This document shows, in pieces, positions 20,152-30,825 of a DNA stretch of 64,000 nucleotides. The stretch spans positions 1,091-65,090 of the forward strand of contig CAYHGN010000001.1 of assembly GCA_964356005.1 (NCBI GenBank), in the 5' to 3' direction. Position 1 is the first letter of the stretch. Every line of letters starts with the position of its first letter. Source of the DNA: an uncultured Sphingobacterium sp. (GTDB lineage Bacteria > Bacteroidota > Bacteroidia > Sphingobacteriales > Sphingobacteriaceae). Under the pieces are notes generated by a model. It was not told where the DNA came from. It made no database searches and saw only the letters and a program-made list of their open reading frames with translations. Position numbers and translations under genes: made by a program.

Positions 20152-21117
20152 TTAAATGATGCCTTCTTTCAAAAGGTCATGAAGATGGATGAAGCCTTCA
20201 AATTTTGTGCCTGATCCTACAAGTATCTGAGTAATATTATTTTCCCGTAGTATTTCAAGTGCATTTACAGCAAGTTCGTTCTTATCTATGTATTTCGGGG
20301 AGCTGGTCATAATGTCTGCCGCACTAACTCCCTCAATTGTACTATTTTTATTTAACATTCTGCGTATATCACCATCTGTTATAATGCCTTTTAAAATTCC
20401 ATGATCCACAACTGCAACCGCACCCAAACGATTCTTTGTGATTTCAATAATTACCTCTTTGAGGCTTGCATTTGAAGGCACCAGCGGTTTTTCATTTTGT
20501 GCAGCAAGATCAGCGACTTTTAGATAAAGCCGTTTTCCTAATGAACCTCCCGGATGATATTTAGCGAAATCAGCACTGCTGAATTCACGACATTCAAGCA
20601 GGCTGACTGCCAAGGCGTCACCCATGGCCAATTGGGCGGTAGTACTACTTGTAGGAGCCAGGTTATGTGGGCAAGCTTCCTGTTCAACAGAGGTATCCAA
20701 AATCCAGTCTGATTGTCGGGCCAGGAAAGAATCTAAATCACCTACCATTGCAGCTAACTTATTTCCTCCCTGTTTCAATAGTGGAATCAAAACTTTTATC
20801 TCCGGCGTATTTCCACTTTTCGAAATGCAAATTACCAGATCGTCTTTCTGAATCATTCCCAAATCGCCATGAATGGCATCTGCGGCATGCATGAAAATAG
20901 AGGGAGTTCCGGTAGAATTGAAAGTCGAAACAATTTTTTGAGCTATTATTGCACTTTTTCCAATGCCAGTTACTATGACTCTGGCATTTAGGTACAGAAT
21001 TTGATGTACTAATTCTGAAAAATTATCATTTAATTGAGTTGCAAGGCGTTTTACACTTTCAGCTTCAATTTGAAGCGTTATTCTTGCTATTTCTAATATT
21101 TCAGCATTGCTTTTCAA
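20152..21117 (-). CDS. kdsD: Arabinose-5-phosphate isomerase (KpsF/GutQ; SIS plus CBS domains)
   Basis: TGIGKSA, HGDLG, APTSST, YHPGGSLG, two CBS domains; TTG start. Confidence 0.93.
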   Translation of the reverse strand: MKSNAEILEIARITLQIEAESVKRLATQLNDNFSELVHQILYLNARVIVTGIGKSAIIAQKIVSTFNSTGTPSIFMHAADAIHGDLGMIQKDDLVICISKSGNTPEIKVLIPLLKQGGNKLAAMVGDLDSFLARQSDWILDTSVEQEACPHNLAPTSSTTAQLAMGDALAVSLLECREFSSADFAKYHPGGSLGKRLYLKVADLAAQNEKPLVPSNASLKEVIIEITKNRLGAVAVVDHGILKGIITDGDIRRMLNKNSTIEGVSAADIMTSSPKYIDKNELAVNALEILRENNITQILVGSGTKFEGFIHLHDLLKEGII

Positions 21118-21210
21118 CGATATATTTTTTTAATAAATAGATAATTAATCGCAAAAATATGTTATTTTGAATATTATTATGACCCATTTTCAATTTTTTC
21201 CAACCAGGCA

Positions 21211-23397
21211 ATGGAAATAAACAAATCCCTGTTTGATAATTTACAGAATTTTTTCGGTTTTGATAACTTTAAAGGTGATCAGGAAGCTATAATTACCAGT
21301 ATACTTCAGAAGAAGGATACTTTTGTCATAATGCCAACAGGTGGTGGCAAATCAATTTGTTACCAGTTACCAGCTCTAATGAGCGAAGGCACAGCAATCG
21401 TCATATCACCATTAATTGCACTGATGAAAAATCAGGTTGATCAGTTACGGGCTTTTGGAGGTACCGACAGCATTGCCCATTTTTTAAATTCTTCCTTAAA
21501 TAAATCTGAAATTACCAAAGTTAAGGAGGACGTAACTAATGGGGAAACTAAATTACTTTATGTTGCTCCTGAATCACTTACCAAACCTGAAAATGTTGAT
21601 TTTTTGAGGGGCATATCCATTTCATTTGTGGCGGTTGATGAAGCGCATTGTATTTCTGAATGGGGCCATGATTTCAGGCCTGAGTATCGTAGAATCCGCC
21701 AGGTGATTGACAATATCGGTGAAAATATTCCAATCATTGCCCTTACAGCTACTGCAACTCCCAAAGTTCAGCAGGATATTCAGAAAAACCTGCAGATGAA
21801 TAATGCGGCTCTTTTTAAATCATCCTTTAACCGTCCTAACTTATTTTACGAAGTACGCGCCAAAAGGAATGTAATTAAAGAAATTGTCAGATATGCAAAA
21901 ATGAATTCCGGCAAATCAGGAATTGTTTATTGTCTGAGCCGGAAAAAGGTTGAAGAGGTAGCAGAAGCCTTAAAACTCAATGGAATAAAGGCTCTTCCAT
22001 ACCACGCCGGACTTGATCCGAAAACCAGAGCTGAAACTCAGGATAATTTCCTGATGGAAGATGTGGATGTAATTGTTGCGACTATAGCTTTTGGTATGGG
22101 TATTGACAAACCGGATGTCCGCTATGTCATTCACCACGATATTCCAAAAAGCATGGAAGGTTATTACCAGGAAACCGGTCGCTCCGGCCGGGATGGGGGC
22201 GAGGGTATATGTGTTGCTTTTTACTCACAAAAAGATATTGATAAATTAACTAAGTTTATGAAAGATAAGCCTGTTTCTGAAAGGGAGATAGGTACTCAGA
22301 TACTCAAGGAAGTAATTGATTATGCCGAATCCTCAGTATGCAGGCGTAAACAGATATTACATTATTTTGGTGAGAACTTTAATGAGACTGGTTGCAATTG
22401 TATGTGTGATAATTGCCGTCACACCAAAAAATATTTTGATGCAGAGGTTCCATTACATAATGTTCTGAAATTGATCAGGGAGCTTGGAGAAAAATTTGAT
22501 GATCAGTATTTCATCAATATAATGATGGGTGTAGAAAATTCCCAGATTACTTCGTATGGACATAACAAAAATCCTCTTTATGGCTCAGGCAATGAGCAGG
22601 GTGAAATTCTATGGAAATCCTTAATGAGGCAGGCGGTTCTGAATAATTATGTTCAAAAGGATATTGATAATTATGGTTTATTAAAACTGACAAAATCCGG
22701 GAATTCATTCATTGAAAATCCACATTCTTTAAAGTTTATACTAAACTATTTGATGGATGAAGCGGAAGATGAGATTGAAGAATCCCAAATACAAAGTGGA
22801 GCACTTGATACGCAGCTTTTACAAATGCTTAAAGACTTGCGAAAAAAGATTGCCAAACAGAAAAACCTACCTCCATTTGTTGTATTTCAGGATCCATCTT
22901 TGGATGAAATGTGTATCCACTATCCGGTATCTATTGAGGAGCTTAAACAGATTCATGGTGTTGGATCTGGGAAAGCTTTGAAGTTTGGTCAGCCATTTAT
23001 TGAACTCATTAAAAAGTATGTCGATGATAATGATATCGATCGACCGGTTGATCTTGTGATTAAGAGTGCTGCCAATAAATCTGCTCTCAAAGTATCAATT
23101 ATACAAAACATAGACAGACAAATAGCATTGGAAGATATAGCATCTGCGAAAGGAATTTCCTACGATGATATTTTAAAAGAGCTGGAAACCATTGTTAACT
23201 CCGGAACAAAATTAAACCTCAATTACTATATTGACGAATTGATAGAAGAAGACAGACAAGATGAGGTTTACGATTATTTCAGATCGACAGAAACTGATTC
23301 TATTGATACTGCAATAGTCGAACTTGGAACAGATGATTATACACGCGAAGAGGTACAACTGATGCGTATCAAATTTATATCAGAATTAGGAAATTAA
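21211..23397 (+). CDS. recQ: ATP-dependent DNA helicase RecQ
   Basis: MPTGGGKS, VDEAHCISEWGHDFRPEY, QETGRSGRDG, RQC zinc cysteines, HRDC domain. Confidence 0.96.
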   Translation: MEINKSLFDNLQNFFGFDNFKGDQEAIITSILQKKDTFVIMPTGGGKSICYQLPALMSEGTAIVISPLIALMKNQVDQLRAFGGTDSIAHFLNSSLNKSEITKVKEDVTNGETKLLYVAPESLTKPENVDFLRGISISFVAVDEAHCISEWGHDFRPEYRRIRQVIDNIGENIPIIALTATATPKVQQDIQKNLQMNNAALFKSSFNRPNLFYEVRAKRNVIKEIVRYAKMNSGKSGIVYCLSRKKVEEVAEALKLNGIKALPYHAGLDPKTRAETQDNFLMEDVDVIVATIAFGMGIDKPDVRYVIHHDIPKSMEGYYQETGRSGRDGGEGICVAFYSQKDIDKLTKFMKDKPVSEREIGTQILKEVIDYAESSVCRRKQILHYFGENFNETGCNCMCDNCRHTKKYFDAEVPLHNVLKLIRELGEKFDDQYFINIMMGVENSQITSYGHNKNPLYGSGNEQGEILWKSLMRQAVLNNYVQKDIDNYGLLKLTKSGNSFIENPHSLKFILNYLMDEAEDEIEESQIQSGALDTQLLQMLKDLRKKIAKQKNLPPFVVFQDPSLDEMCIHYPVSIEELKQIHGVGSGKALKFGQPFIELIKKYVDDNDIDRPVDLVIKSAANKSALKVSIIQNIDRQIALEDIASAKGISYDDILKELETIVNSGTKLNLNYYIDELIEEDRQDEVYDYFRSTETDSIDTAIVELGTDDYTREEVQLMRIKFISELGN

Positions 23398-24209
23398 TGA
23401 TCAATACTATCCCGCAGATAAAACATACCCGCTCTGGTAATTTTTTTCTCATGGCCGGTCCATGTGCAATAGAAAGTGAAGAAATGGCTCTCAGAATAGC
23501 TGAAAGGATTGTAAATATTACCAATAAATTGGCTATCCCTCTGATATTCAAGGGTTCATACCGAAAAGCTAACCGTTCTCGTCTTGATTCTTTTACAGGA
23601 ATTGGTGACGAAAAGGCACTTAAAATACTATCTCTGATCAGTCGTGAATTTGCTGTTCCTACAGTAACAGACATTCATGAAAGTCATGAGGCTGCTATGG
23701 CCGCTGAATATGTAGATGTATTGCAAATCCCTGCGTTTTTATGCCGTCAGACAGATCTTTTGATTGCTGCCGCAAACACCGGAAAAACAATTAATGTAAA
23801 AAAGGGCCAGTTTCTTTCTGCAACCGCCATGCGTTTTGCGGTAGATAAGATTCAGGATTCCGGTAATCCGAACGTGATTCTTACCGATCGGGGTAATACT
23901 TTCGGCTATCAGGATATGATAGTAGATTTCAGGGGTATTCCTGAAATGAGGTCCTTTGGTGTTCCAGTTGTGATGGATTGTACACACTCATTGCAACAAC
24001 CCAATCAGGCGAGCGGAGTAACGGGAGGGAAGCCTGCATTGATCGAAACTATCGCGAAGGCTGCGATTGCAGTTGGTTCTGATGGATTATTCATAGAAAC
24101 CCATCCAGACCCTGCAAATGCCAAATCTGATGGTGCAAACATGCTTCACCTGGATAATCTGGAAGATCTTTTAATAAAATTAATCCGGATAAGACAAGCA
24201 ATTTCCTGA
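23397..24209 (+). CDS. kdsA: KDO 8-phosphate synthase
   Basis: AGPCAIE, KANRS, QIPAFLCRQT, KKGQF, DCTHSLQ, ETHPDP..AKSDG. Confidence 0.96.
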   Translation: MINTIPQIKHTRSGNFFLMAGPCAIESEEMALRIAERIVNITNKLAIPLIFKGSYRKANRSRLDSFTGIGDEKALKILSLISREFAVPTVTDIHESHEAAMAAEYVDVLQIPAFLCRQTDLLIAAANTGKTINVKKGQFLSATAMRFAVDKIQDSGNPNVILTDRGNTFGYQDMIVDFRGIPEMRSFGVPVVMDCTHSLQQPNQASGVTGGKPALIETIAKAAIAVGSDGLFIETHPDPANAKSDGANMLHLDNLEDLLIKLIRIRQAIS

Positions 24210-24261
24210 TCCTGGATAAATTGCAGGATGACATAGAGGACCAGACAAGTAAGTATAAAAC

Positions 24262-25161
24262 TTAGGATTTATTATAAATATTAGTTTTAAGCCATTCCAC
24301 ACTTGATGCCGGATCTTCAATTTGTTTTGCACCATCCTGTTCAATAAATGCGTGTTTAACTCCTGAAAACCGGGAGTTTTCAAAAATGTGCTTAAAATCA
24401 ACCTTGCCTTTTCCTACAGGGCAAGGCCTGCCTGTCACTTTATCAAGGTCTTTAACATGCCATAAAGGAAATCGGTCCGGGTATTTTTTGAACAAAGCTA
24501 CCGGGTCCTTACCAGCTGCTGTTGCCCAGGCAAGATCAAGCTCCATAAACACCTTGTTTTTATCGGTGTTGCCTAATACATAGTCGAAAGCTGATGTGCC
24601 TTCAATGGCCGTAAATTCAGACTGATGGTTATGATAAGCAAATTTCATTTTATTTTTTGCTGCAGCATCGCCAGCCTTTATAAAGATTTCAGTAGTTTTT
24701 TTTATTTCATCAAGATTATTGATTGATGAACTCGAACAAATTACCCAGCTACAGCCGCCTTCAGATGCTTCATCTACGATCTGTTGCAAATTATCTCTCA
24801 AATTTCTTGAACCTGTTGCTACCTGTGCATTACGTGGTAAACCTCCCACATGATTTCCTATCCATTTTAACCCCAAATCATTCACCATTGCAGCAAAGTC
24901 CCTTGCAGAATGTCTGTAATACAAACCACCAGACCCTGTGGCTGTTTCAAGTTCCTTGATTCCAAGATCTGCAATTTGTTTAAGAACGATTTTAGTATCC
25001 GCACCGGGTGCATTAATTATACTATTCAATGTGTAAATCTGTAAACCGAATGGCGGATATTTAAGTGCAGGATATCCATTTACTGAATTAGCCCATACAG
25101 GCAAAGCACTACTCAATGCAATAATCCCCGAGGTTTTAAGGAAAGATCTTCTGTTGATCAT
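24262..25161 (-). CDS. Sugar phosphate isomerase/epimerase (xylose isomerase-like TIM barrel) with Tat signal
   Basis: NRRSFLK twin-arginine motif; YHNH, ELDLAW, WHVKD, FIEQD metal ligands. Confidence 0.88.
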   Translation of the reverse strand: MINRRSFLKTSGIIALSSALPVWANSVNGYPALKYPPFGLQIYTLNSIINAPGADTKIVLKQIADLGIKELETATGSGGLYYRHSARDFAAMVNDLGLKWIGNHVGGLPRNAQVATGSRNLRDNLQQIVDEASEGGCSWVICSSSSINNLDEIKKTTEIFIKAGDAAAKNKMKFAYHNHQSEFTAIEGTSAFDYVLGNTDKNKVFMELDLAWATAAGKDPVALFKKYPDRFPLWHVKDLDKVTGRPCPVGKGKVDFKHIFENSRFSGVKHAFIEQDGAKQIEDPASSVEWLKTNIYNKS

Positions 25162-25179
25162 ATATTTATTATTTGAAAA

Positions 25180-26142
25180 CTATTTTTCTGTGGTGTAGAA
25201 CTGATATTTGATAGCCCAGTTAAATTCCTTACCCGGATCTGCATCAACCTTAATAAATGGCTCAGGACTCAATGTGGTTGGAACCGACCAGTACATGAAT
25301 TTAGATAAGGCTCTGTCAGCAGTTATTCTTACACCAGCACCAGTTTTTTTGTTCTCGATTCTGAAATCATAATCTTCAACCTTATCTCCCGAATATCCTG
25401 TCGGATATTCCATGGTACTTTCTCCTTTATTGAGATCCCTTAGATAAGTCATTTTATTTTCAGTGAAATCCATTAGTTTTTTACCTGTCGGTTTATTTTG
25501 AATTTTAAAGGGAAGGGTAACTGTAAAATCTGATCCTGTAGTCTGATTATTTATCACAAAGAAATTATGATTGAAAACACTTGTATTAATTGATTTCTGA
25601 CCTGTATTCTTTAAAGTATGTTCCAATATCAGTTCAGGTTTTCCTTTTAATAATCTTACCGTTTTGGTGTAGGTATAGGAATAACCATTTCTATCACTAA
25701 GTTTATGGATAAAGATGATCCGGTCACTTTTTTTGCGAACTCTCCACATGCCAGTGTCAACTATTTCCATAGGAAGATTAAATCGGTATGGGCCATTATT
25801 TACTTTTTTAACTGTGCCAATGCCGATTTTTATGAATGTTTCACCAGGAGCGACTGAATCGTATTCAATTGGATCAAAAGCTTCTACTGGACCGGTAATT
25901 GCATCGTGTCTGTTAGGATCATGGTTTGCATACCACTCACCGAAATATTCATGGTCCTTATATTTAAGGCTTGCAATTACACCCGCCCAGTCAAACCTTG
26001 TGCCGCGATAAAATCCTGCCTTTATATCAGGTAAGTATAATTTCGCTTCAATTTCCCCATTTGAAATTATGGCGTCAGGATATTGAGCAAATACCTGCAA
26101 GCAGGAGAATAGAAGCCATGCAGTTATAATCTGTTTTAGCAT
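25180..26142 (-). CDS. Secreted hypothetical protein, possibly galactose mutarotase-like fold
   Basis: Sec signal QVFA|Q; FYRGTRFDWAG, FNHNFF and SPEP motifs reminiscent of aldose epimerase-like proteins. Confidence 0.6.
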   Translation of the reverse strand: MLKQIITAWLLFSCLQVFAQYPDAIISNGEIEAKLYLPDIKAGFYRGTRFDWAGVIASLKYKDHEYFGEWYANHDPNRHDAITGPVEAFDPIEYDSVAPGETFIKIGIGTVKKVNNGPYRFNLPMEIVDTGMWRVRKKSDRIIFIHKLSDRNGYSYTYTKTVRLLKGKPELILEHTLKNTGQKSINTSVFNHNFFVINNQTTGSDFTVTLPFKIQNKPTGKKLMDFTENKMTYLRDLNKGESTMEYPTGYSGDKVEDYDFRIENKKTGAGVRITADRALSKFMYWSVPTTLSPEPFIKVDADPGKEFNWAIKYQFYTTEK

Positions 26143-26176
26143 ATCGTTAATAAATTAATTTAATCAGGAATCATCT

Positions 26177-27547
26177 TTATGGCCTTATTAATGTGCCATC
26201 TGCTTTACGTACCTGCCAGTTTGATTTAGTACCAATCGGATATTTGGCTGCTTCTTTTTCATTGATATCCACACCCAGTCCAGGTACTTCATTCACATAC
26301 ATATAGCCATTTTTCATTGTAGGGCATCCTGAAAACACCTCCTTCATTTTATCAGAAAAACGAATTGACTCCTGTATTCCGAAATTCCATACTGCAAGGT
26401 CGATATGTGCATTTGCGGCATGACCTACAGGTGAAACATCACCGGGTCCATGCCAGGCAGTTTTAATATTGAACCATTCCCCAAGCCTCGCCACTTTCAT
26501 AGCTGGTGTTATACCCCCAATCTGAGAGATATGAATCCGGATATAGTCAAACCATTGGTTCACCATTGGCAATTTAAATTCGTTGATATTGTTAAATAGT
26601 TCGCCCATCGCTATCGGTACAGAAGTACTTGTTCTGAGTTGTTTGAACCATTCCATATTTTCAGGAGAAAAAGGATCTTCAATAAAATAAGGGCGGTAAG
26701 GCTCCAGTTGTTTGATCATATTGATTGCATCCATTGGTTGAACGCGCTCATGTATGTCATGCAATAGCTCAACATCATCACCGCATTTTTTTCTTACGGC
26801 TTCAAAAATCTTTGGAACAGATCTCAAATAAGTCCGTTCATCCATAAAGGCATCATTCGCTCCACCAAATCCAGCTTCTTTAAAATCCGGTTTTTTCTGA
26901 GTCACGCCTACAGCACCATAACCTCCCTGTTGTATCCTGACATATTTATATCCCTCGTCCATAAACTTTTGGACATTATCGGTTACTTCCTCAGGTGTAC
27001 TTCCACTAGCATGGGCATAACAGGGTACTGCAAACCTCACCTTGCCGCCAAGTAGCTGATAAACAGGCATATTTGCACGTTTTCCTTTAATATCCCACAA
27101 AGCCTGGTCTAAGCCGCTAAGGGCATTATTCAACACAGGACCATTTCGCCAGTACGAGCTGACATAGACTCCATGCCACATATCCTCAATATTATCTACA
27201 TCCTTCCCAACACAGAAATCATTTAGGTAACTGTTGATTGCTGTGACCACAGCCATGGCTCTTTGCGTAAATGTAGCACAGCCCAATCCATATAAGCCGG
27301 GTTCTGAGGTCTCAACTTTTACAACAATCAGGTTGGAGCCGGCTGGAGCGCAAGAAATGGCCCTGACACTTGTAATTTTTACAGGAGCCAAACCATGCGT
27401 GTAAGAAGGTGCTTCCTTTTCAGCGGCTCTGGCAGAAGATGCTGAGCCAAGCATACCCATGATGCCTGCAGTTGAACCTATACCAAGCATTTTCAATGCT
27501 TCCCGACGGTCAAATAAGTTTTGATCTTTTTTGTTATACATATTCAA
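26177..27547 (-). CDS. Enolase-superfamily acid-sugar dehydratase (ManD/RspA subgroup) with Tat-like leader
   Basis: GLGCATFTQR, YWRNGP, LLHDIHER, IEDP, MGEL, WHGPGDVSP, GIQE; N-terminal DRREALKMLG...ARA. Confidence 0.9.
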   Translation of the reverse strand: MNMYNKKDQNLFDRREALKMLGIGSTAGIMGMLGSASSARAAEKEAPSYTHGLAPVKITSVRAISCAPAGSNLIVVKVETSEPGLYGLGCATFTQRAMAVVTAINSYLNDFCVGKDVDNIEDMWHGVYVSSYWRNGPVLNNALSGLDQALWDIKGKRANMPVYQLLGGKVRFAVPCYAHASGSTPEEVTDNVQKFMDEGYKYVRIQQGGYGAVGVTQKKPDFKEAGFGGANDAFMDERTYLRSVPKIFEAVRKKCGDDVELLHDIHERVQPMDAINMIKQLEPYRPYFIEDPFSPENMEWFKQLRTSTSVPIAMGELFNNINEFKLPMVNQWFDYIRIHISQIGGITPAMKVARLGEWFNIKTAWHGPGDVSPVGHAANAHIDLAVWNFGIQESIRFSDKMKEVFSGCPTMKNGYMYVNEVPGLGVDINEKEAAKYPIGTKSNWQVRKADGTLIRP

Positions 27548-27637
27548 AAAACTGATTAAATATTATTTATTTCATGCTATTAAGGCTTGCCAAAAGATAA
27601 TAAATTTTTTTATTGTTTTTATATCAACACACCCTGT

Positions 27638-28066
27638 TTAAACTCTGTGATAGTCAGGTTTCCAATTTTTGATTAACAATTTAATAGCTTTATTGGACAT
27701 GTTTTCTGAAAGTGCTTTTTGTACAAGTTCCAAAAATTCTTCATCAGAGGCAAAACGAAGGGCCACAATCTGACTTACACGTAATCCTGCTGGTAAAGGT
27801 TTACCGCTCAAAATAAAATGTCTGAAATTTTCTTCTGCTCGTATGGCTCTGTCCTGGGCTTTGAGCGGAAAAATCCGTACGAACCAGAAAAGCATGATAC
27901 TACAAATAAACAATAGCACAAGCAGACTTGCCGAGTAAAGATTGTCTGTTTTAAAGGATTCAATGAGGTTGACAGATGAGCCAATTAATCCTGTTAATAA
28001 AAAAACAGCTAATACTCTGTGATAGCCGGTAACAAATCGTGTGTGATTTTTGAAATTTTGTTCCAT
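27638..28066 (-). CDS. DUF6526-like membrane protein
   Basis: QNFKNH, QDRAIRAEENFRH, QIVALRFASD, WKPDYHRV. Confidence 0.75.
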   Translation of the reverse strand: MEQNFKNHTRFVTGYHRVLAVFLLTGLIGSSVNLIESFKTDNLYSASLLVLLFICSIMLFWFVRIFPLKAQDRAIRAEENFRHFILSGKPLPAGLRVSQIVALRFASDEEFLELVQKALSENMSNKAIKLLIKNWKPDYHRV

Positions 28067-28068
28067 AA

Positions 28069-29976
28069 TTATTTTGTTGTGATTTTAAATTCTGTTCTTC
28101 TGTTATTTTTTCTGTTTTCTTCAGTTAAATTATCATTCAATGGCAGCCTTTCGCCATAACCCTCATAACTAATCTTATTTGCAGAAACCTGATTAGCTAA
28201 CAGATATTCATAAACAGTGCGGGCCCGGTTTTTAGAAAGTTCAAGATTTGCTTTGTCATCACCAATATCATCGGTATGTCCACCAATTTCGATACTTACC
28301 GATGGATTTTCCCTAATAAACCGAATTAAATGTTGCAATTCAGTTTTCGATTCAGGGAGTAGATTAAATCTACCGCTCTCGAAAAAGATATTATTAAGAA
28401 TTACCTGTCCACCAATTTCGATTTTCTGTAAAGGAATTTCCAAAATAAATGGCTTGTTAATTAGATTAAGATCGGGTGTAAAATTTTGGGAATAAAATAA
28501 GTAACCATCTTTAGAAACATTTAATCCAAAAGACTTTCCGGCCATCATGGTCGCTAGAAACTCGCCGGTTTCAGGATTAGCAATGTCATCAAAAATGGCT
28601 TTTCCATCTTTTAGATTAATTATTTCGACTTTTGCGTCTAAAATTTCCTTCGTCATTTTATCAAAAACGAGTCCTTTAACATAGGTTACTATACTGGGTC
28701 TAATGGCTTCAGGTAATTCGAAAGAGTAGATGTCAAGGCCACCAAATCCGCCTTTCTGGTTCGTAGAAAAGAAAGCAAGTTTGCCATTACTACTTATACT
28801 TAATCCGCTTTCCTCACCAAAAGTATTGATAGGATAGCCTAGATTCTGAGGTTTCTTCCAACTTGTTTGACCCCCATCCTTAATAAGTTTTCTGCTCATG
28901 AAAAGATCCTTATTTCCGAGTCCGGGCCAGCCATTGGAAGAAAAATATAGGCTTTCATCATCCGGATGGATAAATGGCGATTGCTCATCATAGTAGGTAT
29001 TTATATCTGAACCCAGATTTACAGGAATACTCCATGACCCACCATTATTAAGTTCAGATTTCCAGATATCATAACCCCCGTATCCTCCATTGCGGGTACT
29101 TACAAAGTATAAGGTTCTACCGTCTGCACTGATGGAAGGCTGAGATTCCCAGCCAGGAGTATTTACAGGCGCACCTATATTAAAGGGTTTACTCCAGCCA
29201 TTTCCTTCCCATCTGGAAATATAGATATCACATCTACCCAAGCCATCAGGGCGGTTACAACCCGTGAAAAATAAATAATTGCCATCGGGCGAGATACATT
29301 GTGCCCCCTCATTGTAATTATAAGTATTAATCTCTTTACTCAAGTATTCAGATGTTGTCCAGAGGCTATCACGTTTAACACTCTTGAAAAAGTCTTCATT
29401 TCTGTTTGTCTGGCGGGTGAATATGATCATTTTTTCATCTGCAGTGATTACAGGCAAATACTCTTCTTCTTTTGTATTAATTCCGGGACCCAGATTGATA
29501 GGTTTGAAACTTACGGGATTTTTTATTGCATCAAGACTAAAACTACAATCTGCGATATATTTGGCTGTTTTTTGTTTGCTTTCGGCACTCAATCCCGGAT
29601 AAGAAAGATATTTATTGAAATGTTCTTTTGCATTTGCATAACTGCCCGTATTTAATTCGCTTTCGGCAAGACCAAAATATGTCAGTGGTAAAAATTCAGG
29701 ATCGAGTTCAAGAACCTTTTTATAACTGAATAGGGCTTTGCTGTAATTTCCTGACTTCCGATAAATATCGCCAAGTTGCTGATAGGCAGCAGTAAAATTT
29801 TTATCCAGGCTAACTGCCTGATTCAATTCAGTAATTGCCTTGTCATATAATCTGTAGCTAAAATATTGATTCGCCAGATTGTATGATTTTTGTGCCTGTT
29901 TAACCGGGGAGGAAGTATGTTTTTGTGCGAAACAAATACAAGGTAAAAGACATAATATAACCAGTAATCTTTTCAT
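28069..29976 (-). CDS. TPR + PD40 + OmpA_C domain protein (PorE-like architecture)
   Basis: N-terminal TPRs, repeated PD40 motifs (PSISADGRTLYF), GHTDDIG...LSKNRA...NRRTEF. Confidence 0.9.
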   Translation of the reverse strand: MKRLLVILCLLPCICFAQKHTSSPVKQAQKSYNLANQYFSYRLYDKAITELNQAVSLDKNFTAAYQQLGDIYRKSGNYSKALFSYKKVLELDPEFLPLTYFGLAESELNTGSYANAKEHFNKYLSYPGLSAESKQKTAKYIADCSFSLDAIKNPVSFKPINLGPGINTKEEEYLPVITADEKMIIFTRQTNRNEDFFKSVKRDSLWTTSEYLSKEINTYNYNEGAQCISPDGNYLFFTGCNRPDGLGRCDIYISRWEGNGWSKPFNIGAPVNTPGWESQPSISADGRTLYFVSTRNGGYGGYDIWKSELNNGGSWSIPVNLGSDINTYYDEQSPFIHPDDESLYFSSNGWPGLGNKDLFMSRKLIKDGGQTSWKKPQNLGYPINTFGEESGLSISSNGKLAFFSTNQKGGFGGLDIYSFELPEAIRPSIVTYVKGLVFDKMTKEILDAKVEIINLKDGKAIFDDIANPETGEFLATMMAGKSFGLNVSKDGYLFYSQNFTPDLNLINKPFILEIPLQKIEIGGQVILNNIFFESGRFNLLPESKTELQHLIRFIRENPSVSIEIGGHTDDIGDDKANLELSKNRARTVYEYLLANQVSANKISYEGYGERLPLNDNLTEENRKNNRRTEFKITTK

Positions 29977-30111
29977 TCTTATAAAGCTTTCCCTTTTTAT
30001 GAAGGTAGAAAATATTCTGTATTAAGACTATGGATAAATTAAGCAGGAATATTAAAAATTCGAAATGGATTGATTCCGAATGAATAGCTATTAATCTGAA
30101 GGAGGGGGGTT

Positions 30112-30735
30112 TTAGGGGATATTAAGATATTTATGAGTCTGTAGTGAGATTTCCCATTTGGGGTTTTCCATAACATAATCAATGATCTGCGGAATTACTT
30201 CTGATGATTTGGACCATTCAGGTTGCAGGTATAGTTTACATCCTTCAGATACCGTAGCGGCATATTCTTCTGCCCATTTAAAATCACTTTTGTTGAATAC
30301 AATCACCTTTAATTCTCCGGCTAATGGAGCGATATCCGGACGGGGGGCTTTGAATTTTTTAGGTGAAAGACAAATCCAGTCCCATGTGCCAGATAGGGGA
30401 TATGCACCTGAAGTTTCAATAAATGTTTTAATTCCTCTTTTCTGTAATTCTGAGGTAAGATAATCCAGATTATAAATCAGTGGTTCTCCACCAGTCACTA
30501 CTACAGCTTTTCCGGGGTATTTTTCGGCATTTTTTACGATTTGGTCGGTATCAGTTAATGGATGCAATTCTGCATCCCAGCTTTCCTTTACATCACACCA
30601 ATGACAACCCACATCACATCCGCCCAGTCGAATAAAATAGGCAGCTTTTCCTGAATGAAATCCTTCACCCTGAATTGTATAAAACTCCTCCATTAATGGT
30701 AATGAGGTGCCGTCGGGTGGAATTTGGTGTGCCAT
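30112..30735 (-). CDS. queE: 7-carboxy-7-deazaguanine synthase (radical SAM)
   Basis: FYTIQGEG, RLGGCDVGCHWCD, TGGEP, SPK, LQP, QTHK; TATATTTG box at 30759-30752. Confidence 0.95.
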   Translation of the reverse strand: MAHQIPPDGTSLPLMEEFYTIQGEGFHSGKAAYFIRLGGCDVGCHWCDVKESWDAELHPLTDTDQIVKNAEKYPGKAVVVTGGEPLIYNLDYLTSELQKRGIKTFIETSGAYPLSGTWDWICLSPKKFKAPRPDIAPLAGELKVIVFNKSDFKWAEEYAATVSEGCKLYLQPEWSKSSEVIPQIIDYVMENPKWEISLQTHKYLNIP

Positions 30736-30825
30736 TTTGTAATTTAGAGCGCAAATATACTTAAGTTTAAGGGATCAGCCTTGTATAAATCAGATAGAGA
30801 CATAACACTGACAATTTATCTAATT

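Noticed and set aside
30112-30780. preQ1 riboswitch or a 7-deazaguanine DNA-modification system around queE
   Set aside because: The predicted leader is too short for a riboswitch and no dpd or other que genes are adjacent.
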